64,000 nucleotides of DNA. It comes from Trypanosoma brucei (Eukaryota). Under the pieces are notes generated by a model. The model saw only the letters and a list, made by a program, of their open reading frames with translations, did no database searches and had not been told where the DNA came from. Position 1 is the stretch's first letter, and each line of letters starts with the position of its first letter. The position numbers were made by a program, and so were the translations under genes. Shown here in pieces: positions 43,401 to 53,046 of this stretch. The DNA lies in assembly GCA_000002445.1 (NCBI GenBank), contig CP000070.1, forward strand, positions 2,048,001 to 2,112,000. The letters run 5' to 3'.

Positions 43401-44385
43401 ATGCATTTTCCGCGTCGATGGAGAGCCCACGTGCCAGTAGTAGGTCTAGTACAACCGGGTGCGCCACCGCGTAGTGTATGAGCGTGTAGCGACCATCCAT
43501 AGAAACATGCCACAGGTCATCACCGGCATCGAGAAGAATTTCTACAAGTTCTTTATCGCCCTGCGAACAAGCACGTGCAAGCAGCGTTTGATTGGCGTTC
43601 ACCAAACGGTGAAACGTACATGGCGCGCCATAGTACAGGAGCAACTCAACTGCTGCTGCATCCTTGCGTCTCAGGGCGATGTCCATAGCTGTCCATCCAT
43701 TCACTGAGGACCGTGCATTGAAGTCAATTAATACCCCGTCGAGATGCGGGTTCACATCGGACAGGATACCCAGTTGTTGTATAAAAGGAAGTTCAACCGG
43801 CAACCTAGACGCTTTTCTGGCACCACGTTTGCTTGTTACAGGTGACAAACTTCTTCCCCAATTATTTGGGGGATACGCAGATGACGATGCTGTGTTCGAT
43901 TTCCCAAGGCTACCACCGCTGCACTGAGCAGCCATTCCTAGCAGCGCGGGGTCCATTCGACACACCCGCCTAATAAAGGAAACAGGAAGGGGTCGTGGTT
44001 CTCCCACGAGGGCAAGCACTTGCAACAGCAGCGGCAGCTGACCCATTTGAAGAATCAAATGTAATATCGTACCCTCCTCAACTGTATCTGATGTTTCGTC
44101 CCTGTCCCGCATCGGCACCCGTTGTGAGACATCCGCCCCCCGTTCCACAAGCCACTTCATGGTGGCCACACATTCCGCATTACAGAGGCCGCGAAGTAGT
44201 AGCGCAATGAGCGGCGGTACGGGGGTTTGATGGAAGGGAACGGGCTCAGGTGCTGACGGATCCGCACCGTTGCACACTACCTTGTCGGCCTCCGAAATGT
44301 CGTTTTGTAGACAGGCTCGCATCAATTGACTGTTCCATGTGTTATTTGGGTCCTCTACCATACGTGGCCTAGGTCTGGGTGGCAT
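40432..44385 (-). CDS. Large ankyrin-repeat protein, 1317 aa.
   Basis: There are multiple 33-aa ankyrin repeats. Examples are GWTAMDIALRRKDAAAVELLLYYGA, GRTPLHYAAMYGNTSVVRLLLN, GRTALHLAVLARQLDVVEILLHH and GRTPLVLAAELGRCRVAKFL. Confidence 0.75.
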   Translation of the reverse strand: MPPRPRPRMVEDPNNTWNSQLMRACLQNDISEADKVVCNGADPSAPEPVPFHQTPVPPLIALLLRGLCNAECVATMKWLVERGADVSQRVPMRDRDETSDTVEEGTILHLILQMGQLPLLLQVLALVGEPRPLPVSFIRRVCRMDPALLGMAAQCSGGSLGKSNTASSSAYPPNNWGRSLSPVTSKRGARKASRLPVELPFIQQLGILSDVNPHLDGVLIDFNARSSVNGWTAMDIALRRKDAAAVELLLYYGAPCTFHRLVNANQTLLARACSQGDKELVEILLDAGDDLWHVSMDGRYTLIHYAVAHPVVLDLLLARGLSIDAENALGESALVSLICYGQGCNGEHGIRDAVRPLDAVRLASLPGPAVKNYILAPQTTSTAGSASRHPKPSTAAGNAADTDCPGVPRDADAWWHFLPGNCSTWELIQTLCDREANVHGNLAPIDSNRLIRRSAENKRTTMVTHQYEVGATSSPWLLPDFKKGSLVPSLPTSPGTSRDDVGLSAASPAAAASTTQTNQSTPSRQLGNSRSDQLLPTVQQVGRMTPLMHAIVAHHPELIRRFIVDYRVDPMVQDAQGACALHYGAIALHPSVMELLLSHINVNPEKRYDINVQDCCGRTPLHYAAMYGNTSVVRLLLNSTSGNSNAGAGSYSLNAAQPSKTDHAGRTALHLAVLARQLDVVEILLHHSESAAVVSNADTSVLSPHSQAPATKRRQHRTGSGFRRRYRQPAASSEPVAGDTVAHSLDVEARDTALGFTALEMAVRETHDVEAARLLLNLGVACVRHASGMPSGGTLLHRTVAQGMLPMLQVLLEYYADPNEVDDIEQTPLFLATQSTLPVAVDMVRELLSFKATVEVQSGHTLETPLIIAARRGRADMVDLLLHQRQDSRSGRRLGAYTARRSRGRFGNHDNSNNTTVSSHTPPNHNHPVSVLNLSMQSRSRHSISSQQRLGDRPKKSVNTPRNRRGGRQGKAGARTQSSARANQQKQQKSAERDASSVSATSDVDDEVFNAGQNAMSEGVNINLAGTTGTTAGAANSCCEYSVSSLDSEGNQPPVLTVGIHHLLCTDKQVRTALHHLCSHSDPVVQQELLPHIRDVLSCTLAQTLVLQVDAMGRLPIHDACASGFADAVTELLNHDTGNCAFFLDARGSLPLHYAVTADSEACLRALLRNVNVYAPCTLRGASTTVEDPRVVPITQRILTHHRGTHYSKVTCVLRDEGCRENHVETVWDYLNVYDGMGRTPLVLAAELGRCRVAKFLTSLLKQRKTHKQLNPLEPQGVTVLRCSSSSSIPCDSTVTACMLTAEPSAINTPSRGDCRA

Positions 44386-45413
44386 CTTGCTATATATATA
44401 TATCTATCTACTTACCTGTCAATGTTTCTGGTAATGAGTATACTGCTTTCAACAGTATCAATCCCCTCTTCTTTGTTTCTTTTTTTTTTTCTTGTTGCGA
44501 TCTATCTACTCCGTTATTCTCTCTTTCCCCCCTTATTCTCCTTCTCCCAAGCTTCTGCCTCCTCACCAGTTTCTGACTGTGTCTCCGAACACGTCTTGTC
44601 AGACTGTAAGGGTTTGTTTGCTTGAGGAAGAGAGGGAGAAGCTAAATTCGCTTCCAGTGGTAGTAACAGCTCCAGCAGCAACGGAGATGAGAAACACTTT
44701 ACGATCCTCCACCTTTTGGATATTTTATAGTTGCGTCTCAGCACGCGCCTGTGCAATGCCCTACTGACGGCCACAGTGTCGAAGACCTGAGGGGGAATAC
44801 TCGTTTCCTCACCAATCCCTTTCAGGACTCTGTTGTGTACACTCGTGCAATACATGTATGCGTACGTGGACAATGAGAGATGGGTGAAAAGGAAAGGGGA
44901 AGAAAAAGTTGTGGGCGCAGCAGCCAAGAACGGGGAGCGATACGAAAGTAGAAGAAAAAACAGACTCATGCGTAGCCAGTAGCGTAACTGCATACCTCTG
45001 TAAGCTCACCTGCCCTAGCAAAAGGATCGGACATAGGCACGTATGCAGAGTGCTTACTTGCGTGCTGTCCAGTACTTTAATTGGTGTCGTGCACATTTTA
45101 CACCCCTCCCCCGCAAAAAAAAAAGGAAAGCGTTGGTAAGTTCGCACTGTCACTGGCACTGAAAATAATAGTGGTGTACGGGGAGGAAAGTAAGAAGGGA
45201 CAGAGGTGAAGACTAAAGCGAAACGGAATGAAGGGTTAGCCGACATTTGAGACGTTTCTCCTCCAACCGCATTGAAGGCACCAAGTAAGTATACATAAAT
45301 ATATATGTATAAAAATAAATATGGTTTAACCCCACTGTACGTGCATACCGTTTGAACTCATACCTAATACTCAAGGCGTCCCCGGGAGTGGAGTGCAGAA
45401 ACTTCTATCTTAG

Positions 45414-48400
45414 CTATTGAGGGGGGTCCAGCTGTAATCTGAGAGCATCGCGAGCCTTGTACAGCTCCGCCAACTGCTTGTCAGCAGCTGGATCACCTGT
45501 CGATCGATACTCAGGTGCATATGGATTCGGTGCATCAAGCCCCGCCCCTCCCGCGCTAATTCCAGAGGTAACTCCGTAGCCGTTCCCATTATTGTCGTTA
45601 ATGGCACCGCTGCTTGAACCACCAGTCCAGCCATTCCGGAGTGCCGACCCGCCGAGAGGGACCATGGTGGATGGTTGACCCAACCTGTTATTTGGTGTGC
45701 TCTGCTGCGACAGTGTGGCAGGGACGGAGTGGTGCAACCGGCCGCACTCCGTGTCACTAGAAGCCCTCGTGTGGGTGGGCGCACTTCCCAAGCCACCGGT
45801 GTGAAGAAGACCGCCACGTAACTGCATGCCGCCATCACAACCCCACGATCGTCTCGAAGACAGTCCCTCCCGCAACGGTGGTAAGTCCGGCATCGACGCC
45901 GAAGCTGGTTTCTGTTCACCTAGTTGCTGTTTCGACTGCATTTGCTCCTGTAAGAAGTTGAGACGAGGCTTAAAACATGTTGGCCGCCCTGGCGACGCTG
46001 CCGCAGCCGTTGGTGGTGCTTTTTCTGTCGGGGGCGGTATTGTTGCTGTCGTCACCGCCGCCGTTGTAGTGGGATTAACCTGTGGGGTGGCAATGTTGTT
46101 GCTCATTGTTGTGGTATTGCTAGCAATGCTAACACCGTTACTGCTACCACTGCTGTCAGCATTCTTATAGCCCCCTGCTTTGACGGCCATGATAAGCTGC
46201 TTCTGCCTAATTTGAAGCCAATCCTCAAAGTCTTTTGTCAGTTGCTCTTGAGCGCGCTTCATGAAGAGATGCATGGCATCAATAGACTCTTTCTGCTGCC
46301 GCAATGAGGCTGCAAGATCATTATATGACGTTTTATGTGCTGCCAATTCCTCCAACGCGTTACGCTCCGCCTCGTCCACTTCCTCCACTCCCTGCAAAAC
46401 TCTTTCCGCACGCAGCCGCTGGATGCAGCCCTTCAGTTTCCGGATCTGGTCGACTACTTCATTCAACTGTCGTGCTGTAGTCTTACACGTCTCGTAGCGA
46501 GCCTTAAGTTCCTGCTTGTTGGACTCCATTTGTGCACACTGGCGATAGGAGCGACTGAATGCTTCGAAAGCAGTGGCGCGGTCCTGAAGCAACTCCGCGT
46601 CCGTAAGGGAAGAAAGATCATATACCTCGTTAAGCTGTTGTTGTTTCTCGAAGAACTCATCCACCGCTGTGACTTCGGCTGGTGCGAGGCGCTCACAGGC
46701 CATGCGACGAAGCGCCTGTGGTGAGTCCTGACCGTCATATCTGATGCTGCCGGCGTTGCTTGAGTGACCCGCCTCAACCACGTTCATACCGTGGGGCTGC
46801 TGAGCAGCAGCGGCGCTAGCGTACATGTGAGCTCCATTTGATGGGTGGCCCAGGGGCTTCTGAAACGGTGCTGCATGGCCCCCCTCTACTGATCCTCCGG
46901 TTCCGGGTGCAGTCTTAGTGCGACTTGCGTAGTTACTACTTTCACCATCGTCTGCTCCCGTCTGGGTTTCAGCATTATACTTTGCCCTGTGCACCTTCTG
47001 CAGCGCGTCGAAGAGCATGTTCATTTCATTTTCCTTCTGCTTCACACAAAGTTCAAGAGCGTCCACACGGGAACGGTACATATCAAGCTGTTGTTGTTGC
47101 TGTTCACTGAGTCCTCCACTGCTACCTGCGCCACAGCCGCCAACCCTGACACCTGCACCCCCTTCCGCCAACATGCGTTTCAACACATCAAAACAATAAT
47201 AAATGCGGGCCAAATCGCCGTCGAATCCCTCAAGTTTTGCATTCCCATCTGTGGCGGCGATGAACCGTTTCACCATTTCTTCACATCGCAGCTTTTCATC
47301 ATCACTCAGGTCACGGTCAGGTGCGCCCCCACCGTCTTTGGTATAGAAGGCTAACCGGTCACGCATCTGCTGCAGTTCCGCCTTCAGTTTGCGCACCAAG
47401 ACGTGTGGGTCCACTTCTTCATTGACATGCGCATCTTGCTTGATGAGAGCCACGCGCTGTGCAAAACGGCATGTGCTAATCGTCTCGGGTAGTTGATCCA
47501 CAGCAGGATGGGCGGTGGCCAACATACTAGTTTTGCAGTTTGGTCCTAATGAATCCCGTAACACCATCGTCATGAAGGAGTTACGGAAGGGAACGTGCTC
47601 ACGTCGACCATTGGCCTGCTCACTAAGCGCCATAATGACCTGCTCGAGGTAGTGCAACGAAAGGTTAATATATTTGGCTTCTGTGAGCACTGTCCCGCTA
47701 ACGCCCGTTTTCGCCACCCGTTCACTACCGGCCAAATCTACGAAGTGAAGCTTGGAGCGGCGCACTACCGACGCTCCATGTGGTCTTGCTTCCAGGTAGA
47801 TGGTAAAAACGCAGTGCGAGCGGGACGACGTTTTGTTCATGGGCGTCTCACAGTAAAGCCGATTTGTATCGCCGAGGAACAACAGGTTCAGCGCGTCTTT
47901 TGGGGTTGCGGCGGAGTGCTGCGCTAAACCACGGAGTGCCACCTCATCGCTATCACTTCCGCCATCGTGAATAGTCACCACAGGGAGGTCCTCCAACTTT
48001 CGCGCGTCGTGGCCGCGATTGAGGAGGTCTTGTCCCTTATCATTGTATATCTGCAGGTAAGAGATGGCTACGCTGTACGTCCCCTCCTGTTGCTGCCGCC
48101 GCGCAATTTCCTCATATAACAGGGCCAGCGCACGCGGGATGATACCTCGGTCCTCGTAACTCTCCGCGCCACCCGTAATGCTATGCGTTTTGCCACTACC
48201 CGTTTGACCGTAGGCAAAAACGGTGCTGTTGTAGCCATCGAGTGCGGCTAACACGCAGTCTTTTGCCACGGTGTTGAACACATCCGCCTGCGTAGCATTG
48301 GGCTCAAAGGCGCGGCGGAATGTGAAGGTAAAATCCTCTCGAGTGTTGTTTACCACATCTGCGTCTGTCCGCCGGTCCACGTGGAAGCGGACGGTGGAGT

Positions 48401-48539
48401 GTTCAAAGGTATGCTCCACGGAGTAGTTTTGCGTGTCATCAGCACCCCGTACAGAACCAACACCGTTAAGGGGACGCGGAAGACCCTTCGCGGCCGGACG
48501 GATGCGGAGGAACACGCGAATACCCTCCGACTTCCCCAT
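45414..48539 (-). CDS. Kinesin-like motor protein with N-terminal motor domain and long coiled-coil/low-complexity tail, 1041 aa.
   Basis: The P-loop FAYGQTGSGKTHSI, switch I NKTSSRSHCVF, switch II VDLAGSERVAKTG and neck-region motifs all lie in the first ~370 aa. The ORF begins at 48539. Confidence 0.85.
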   Translation of the reverse strand: MGKSEGIRVFLRIRPAAKGLPRPLNGVGSVRGADDTQNYSVEHTFEHSTVRFHVDRRTDADVVNNTREDFTFTFRRAFEPNATQADVFNTVAKDCVLAALDGYNSTVFAYGQTGSGKTHSITGGAESYEDRGIIPRALALLYEEIARRQQQEGTYSVAISYLQIYNDKGQDLLNRGHDARKLEDLPVVTIHDGGSDSDEVALRGLAQHSAATPKDALNLLFLGDTNRLYCETPMNKTSSRSHCVFTIYLEARPHGASVVRRSKLHFVDLAGSERVAKTGVSGTVLTEAKYINLSLHYLEQVIMALSEQANGRREHVPFRNSFMTMVLRDSLGPNCKTSMLATAHPAVDQLPETISTCRFAQRVALIKQDAHVNEEVDPHVLVRKLKAELQQMRDRLAFYTKDGGGAPDRDLSDDEKLRCEEMVKRFIAATDGNAKLEGFDGDLARIYYCFDVLKRMLAEGGAGVRVGGCGAGSSGGLSEQQQQQLDMYRSRVDALELCVKQKENEMNMLFDALQKVHRAKYNAETQTGADDGESSNYASRTKTAPGTGGSVEGGHAAPFQKPLGHPSNGAHMYASAAAAQQPHGMNVVEAGHSSNAGSIRYDGQDSPQALRRMACERLAPAEVTAVDEFFEKQQQLNEVYDLSSLTDAELLQDRATAFEAFSRSYRQCAQMESNKQELKARYETCKTTARQLNEVVDQIRKLKGCIQRLRAERVLQGVEEVDEAERNALEELAAHKTSYNDLAASLRQQKESIDAMHLFMKRAQEQLTKDFEDWLQIRQKQLIMAVKAGGYKNADSSGSSNGVSIASNTTTMSNNIATPQVNPTTTAAVTTATIPPPTEKAPPTAAAASPGRPTCFKPRLNFLQEQMQSKQQLGEQKPASASMPDLPPLREGLSSRRSWGCDGGMQLRGGLLHTGGLGSAPTHTRASSDTECGRLHHSVPATLSQQSTPNNRLGQPSTMVPLGGSALRNGWTGGSSSGAINDNNGNGYGVTSGISAGGAGLDAPNPYAPEYRSTGDPAADKQLAELYKARDALRLQLDPPQ

Positions 48540-50060
48540 TACGAATCAAAGAAAGATAATGGGGATTAGCGGTAGGGTTTTCTTTTGTTTTTTTTTCTTT
48601 TCCGACACTGAGCGAGTAGACTAGAGAGGGCGAGGGAAAGAGAGGTAGCGGGGAAAAACTCTTAGCGCTAGGCTGTGCGCAGCGGACCCTGCCAATATAC
48701 ACAAAAATATATAAGAAATACTTCCTAGGTTCACTATCGCGTTTCGCTTTGTTTCTAGTATCCTGTACGACTACTAAATACACGCGTATGTTTATGTGTG
48801 TTGTTATGTCACAAAAGGAAGAGAACGGGGAAAAGAAAAGCAGACAAAGAGGGCATTTAAATAAATAAATATATCTCTTTATTCGCTAGCAAATGATAAG
48901 ATATTGCACTGGTACATGCAGACGCAGCCCACAGACCATTACCGCCATCAAGTGCTCAAAACACACATGTAGTCGCACAATCACTTCACCTCTTTAAAGG
49001 AGACGCCACCTCAGTAACTTCCTTCTTCGCAGCTTCCTCATCATCATCATCATCATCATTCATTTGCTGCTGCACCCACTTCACCTCTACCAACAGGTTG
49101 AGTCATTTATTTCATATATTATTAGTTCCCCTAATGCACACAGGTACACAAAAGCTCATTGAGTGTTTCCTTCTTTTCCCTTGACGCCACGGTACCCGCC
49201 ATTTATGTCCACCAGCATCACGTGGGAGTCGAGGGTAAAATAATTATTGACGCCCAGTACGAAATAATGAATGTGAACGTGTTTTCGAGTTTAAACATTT
49301 GGCCCTACAACGGTTAGTAAGATAAACATTTTTCTTCCTAAAGGAAAAAAACCAAAATACAAAACAATAAGGTACAAGGAGGAAGCATAGTGATTACCAG
49401 TTAAGGTCACGGCAATATTACTTTGACTTCCGGTTATTACGCAGTAATCGCTTTCTTCTTTTTCACCATTCATGTGTGTCTGTGGTCCCGACGCAAAAAG
49501 AAAAAAAAGTAGAGTATATTCATAGCAAAGCAGGTAGAGATGCGAGAAATTAAACAATACCGTGCGGTATAATAAGAATCGTGAGCAACGGTAAAAGAAA
49601 AAAAACAAAGGCGAAAAATAGACGACGACGACGACAAAATGATGGGCCATGATAGGAATAGGGTTAAGCAAAAACAACAACAACGACAGTGACATCTCGC
49701 CTGAAAGAGTAGAAGTATCCGCGCAGCATTTATTCTAATCGCACCAAACGCAGGAAAGAAAAACTAGCGGGTGGTGCGGATGTCCACAGAGAACAACACC
49801 AATTTCAACTAAATGCAGACGTAGAAGAAATCTCACATGCTTCCTACCCTATAACAAGTTTTAGGTATTTTTGTGCAGGGTCTCACACCCTCACCCCTCA
49901 ACCACGTTCATTTTTCGCTTGACAATGTACCACATCTATGTGTTTTTCGTGGCGAAAAAAAAGAAAAGAAAAAAAAAGGATCACAAGTTCGGAGAAATAT
50001 TTCCCATGAACGGCCAAATAACACTTGAGACATACAAACCCGCGGCAGTTGCAAGGCCCA

Positions 50061-52427
50061 TTAAGACTTCAGGAAGCTTCGTTGGATACTCTCAAGCATT
50101 TTCATTTGCTCAATCGTACTCGAGATGACATCTTCTAACATCTCCCCGCTGTCGCACAGCTCCTCTAGAGGTTGGGTTTGTGGGTCACTTCCTTCATGCT
50201 TGTCAGAAGCGGCCACAGCAATTAATGGCGTGGCCGGTGGCGTCTTTCCGGTGCTGCGCAATGAGGTTTGAGTAGCGTTAAGTGGGGTTTGGGCGCTTAT
50301 GCTTCCCACCACCCGCAGGGCTCCGGATTCACTTACGCTACGCTGACTTTCCGCCGCCGGTGCAGCAGTGAAGGGTGAAGGCGCTGGGCGTCTCGGGCGC
50401 ATTGGAGAGCCCGTAAGAGTACCCAGCCGTGAGAGTGGCGTTGGACTTTGCGAAACAGACCGTTGTTGCTGTTGCTGTTGTTGTTGTTGCACCTCGGGTT
50501 TCTGTTGAAAAAGTTGCAATCCCTTCAAATTCTCTAGTACCTGTTGTTGCTGTAGTACTTGTAACTGCTCCAGCTGCTGAAGTGCTTCCGGTAAAGGCAA
50601 CTCTTGCTGCGGCGGCTCAATTTCTTGTGACTGTGTTTGCTCCTTACCATGTCCTTCAAGCGAAGCAGATCCACCACTTGGGTTGCCGCTGTTCTCTTCT
50701 GCTTCCTCCTCGGTTACCTTCTGCGTGTTACTTTCGTCGTGATCCATGTAAATGGGCATCGACGGATGTAGGAAGGAAAGTGGCACATCATCGCGCAGCA
50801 TCACACTACCAAGATATAAAACTTGCTGCGCAGCGCTCACTCCCAGCTGCTTCTCCACCTGCATTTTAATGTAACGCACAGTGTAATGACCGAGATTTGC
50901 ACTCGGTACTGCCACTTGGAGCGATACTGAGTTAATTTGATCACTGCTAGTCTTGGATTCATTCACTACTTCTTTCTTTCCCGCGTCAGCACGGTCAACG
51001 CCGTTCTCCCCACTGGTTGTGCCTTCACCCGCGACCACCTTTGGCTTATTACTTTTTCCGGTGATGGTAAAGGTCGTCGTTTCCACTGCCACATCCAATG
51101 AGTCCGTTGAAACAGAAGGAACCTTGGATGGGGATGTTATTCCCTCATCCTCGCTTACATCCACCATCGGCGCCGCTACCTCTACCCACGTCAGTGCAGG
51201 AGAGGGAACATGCACTCTGTACGTCTTGATAAAGTTGCATATCTCATCATTCAGTGTTCCGCGCCGGGAGGAGGACGTTCGGGTGCGCTCTCTGTTTCGC
51301 GTTGCTGCTTCTATGGTTGCGACATCCAAATCAGCCCTGGGCTTCCTTGAACGGCGCACTGGATCGCGCGTTTCATAACTTTTCGTGGTATCCTTCACCT
51401 CATGGTGCCGAGGCACGGCGGCGCAGGACTCGGAGGCTGTAAGTTTTTTTCTATGATTCCCTGAAGTGGACCTGTGCTTTGCGCTAGTGGCACGCCTGGC
51501 CGAAGCCATCTTTTCTGCAGCAGCGTTGTAGAGCACCTTTAATGCGTCATTCAGTGCTTGTTTCTCCTTTCCACGTTCTCGCCCACTCTGTTTGTCGGCA
51601 GAGTGCACTCGTTCTCTATGCCGTCGCTTTTGCGAGTGATGACGCTGCTGTTGCTGTTCCATCAGGCGGCGCTGCTGGCGATGACTGTTATAATAACCAG
51701 ACTCCACTTCAGCAGTAGTGGACGACCGAAGCGGCGATGGGGCGAGCACCTCTCCCAAGGCGAAACGCCGCTTTAATGCATTCCTCTCGCGATTTCCAAC
51801 ATCAGAAGGGCTGCCACAACTGGCAGGCCAACCGTCCATCGTTCCGTATGGGCTTCCGCTGATGTAGCTAACATCGTTGTCCAAGCAAATTGCAACGTCG
51901 TTGTTGTCATTGCCCGCCGTGACATGTAAATTGCCGCTGCCATCACTGTTAGTCTCTCTGTTGGTACCGCTATCGTGATTTTTTACCAGCCCCTTGTTGT
52001 TCTCTATGACACTAGGGGTTTCATCACTGCACACTACCATGTTGGTGCTGTCGACATTACCGTCCCCAATGTTATTCTCCCCATCGGTGTTCATATGGCA
52101 ACCAGTGACACTCGTGTCACATTCACGTGAATCATCGCGGCGGTGAACCACACGGCGAACGAGAGGAGGTGCGGAAGGCGGTGGCGAGCGATTAACTTCC
52201 GCACCGGACAATAACCCGTTTACAGGAGGGCAGCGCCAGGGTGGTTTCCCAGCCTGCAACACCGAACGTACACGAAGACTCAAATGCTTCAAATCAACAT
52301 CCGAACATCGATTTTCGGAACCGTCGCTTCCCAACGTCGGCGAATGCTCGCTGGAATGCGGGATCGATGAAACGAAGAGAGAGGGCGACGTCAGAGGGAT
52401 CAAAGGGGGTTCCGCACCGACATGCAT
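50061..52427 (-). CDS. Hypothetical Q-rich protein, 788 aa, with a possible ubiquitin-like fold segment and a (CAA/CAG)n-encoded poly-Q.
   Basis: 788-aa ORF. There is a Q9 run (QQQQQQQQQRSVSQSP). The segment YTVRYIKMQVEKQLGVSAAQQVLYLGSVMLRDDVPLSFL resembles a UBL beta-grasp consensus, which is weak evidence. Confidence 0.5.
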   Translation of the reverse strand: MHVGAEPPLIPLTSPSLFVSSIPHSSEHSPTLGSDGSENRCSDVDLKHLSLRVRSVLQAGKPPWRCPPVNGLLSGAEVNRSPPPSAPPLVRRVVHRRDDSRECDTSVTGCHMNTDGENNIGDGNVDSTNMVVCSDETPSVIENNKGLVKNHDSGTNRETNSDGSGNLHVTAGNDNNDVAICLDNDVSYISGSPYGTMDGWPASCGSPSDVGNRERNALKRRFALGEVLAPSPLRSSTTAEVESGYYNSHRQQRRLMEQQQQRHHSQKRRHRERVHSADKQSGRERGKEKQALNDALKVLYNAAAEKMASARRATSAKHRSTSGNHRKKLTASESCAAVPRHHEVKDTTKSYETRDPVRRSRKPRADLDVATIEAATRNRERTRTSSSRRGTLNDEICNFIKTYRVHVPSPALTWVEVAAPMVDVSEDEGITSPSKVPSVSTDSLDVAVETTTFTITGKSNKPKVVAGEGTTSGENGVDRADAGKKEVVNESKTSSDQINSVSLQVAVPSANLGHYTVRYIKMQVEKQLGVSAAQQVLYLGSVMLRDDVPLSFLHPSMPIYMDHDESNTQKVTEEEAEENSGNPSGGSASLEGHGKEQTQSQEIEPPQQELPLPEALQQLEQLQVLQQQQVLENLKGLQLFQQKPEVQQQQQQQQQRSVSQSPTPLSRLGTLTGSPMRPRRPAPSPFTAAPAAESQRSVSESGALRVVGSISAQTPLNATQTSLRSTGKTPPATPLIAVAASDKHEGSDPQTQPLEELCDSGEMLEDVISSTIEQMKMLESIQRSFLKS

Positions 52428-52480
52428 TCGGTATGGTACGTATCTATGTACTTATATCAACACTGTTGCCTAAATAAGTG

Positions 52481-52516
<36 letters not shown>

Positions 52517-52517
52517 A
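52481..52517. repeat. (AT)13(GT)6 microsatellite.
   Basis: Read directly: atatatatatatatatatatatatatgtgtgtgtgtgt. Confidence 0.95.
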
Positions 52518-53046
52518 TACGTTTGCGCTTATGCGCCTGTGAGCGTCACTTCTAATCTATTTAGGGGCTATAAGAGTAGAGAGACGGTAAAATGCAGCTG
52601 TCCTGGGTGAGTGAAAGGGAGAAAGCAATCAGATAACAATATTTTCTTTTATTGTTAGGAGAAAAAAAAAACCCGCAATATCCGGCCGGATTGCCGCTTG
52701 CGCTGCCATGCTTTAGTGTTTCCTTCCTCTTCCACTTGACGAGATCGTCCCCCTAGTCTGATACGCAAACTCGACTTTCCCATCTCTTCATCTCTACATG
52801 CCAACCTCACGTCAAGTCCGTACACGTATATCGGAAAAACGCGTTGAGTTCCCTCTCCCTCTCCCTCTCCCAATCCAATGCCGGTATAGGCGCAACAGGG
52901 GTGTTGAAGGCAAACGACAGCTCCATGCCACATGTCAACGTGAAGAAGATCCCAGAAAAGCACATGTATACAAGCACCTCATTGTTTTTTTAAAAAGCGC
53001 CGCCACTCCCCCCCCCCCAAAGAAAATGAATAAATTAGCACGGAAA

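Noticed and set aside
45410-45919. 169-aa minus-strand ORF overlapping the 3' end of the kinesin gene in another frame
   Set aside because: It is fully contained within the kinesin CDS region in a different frame. It is an overlap artefact.
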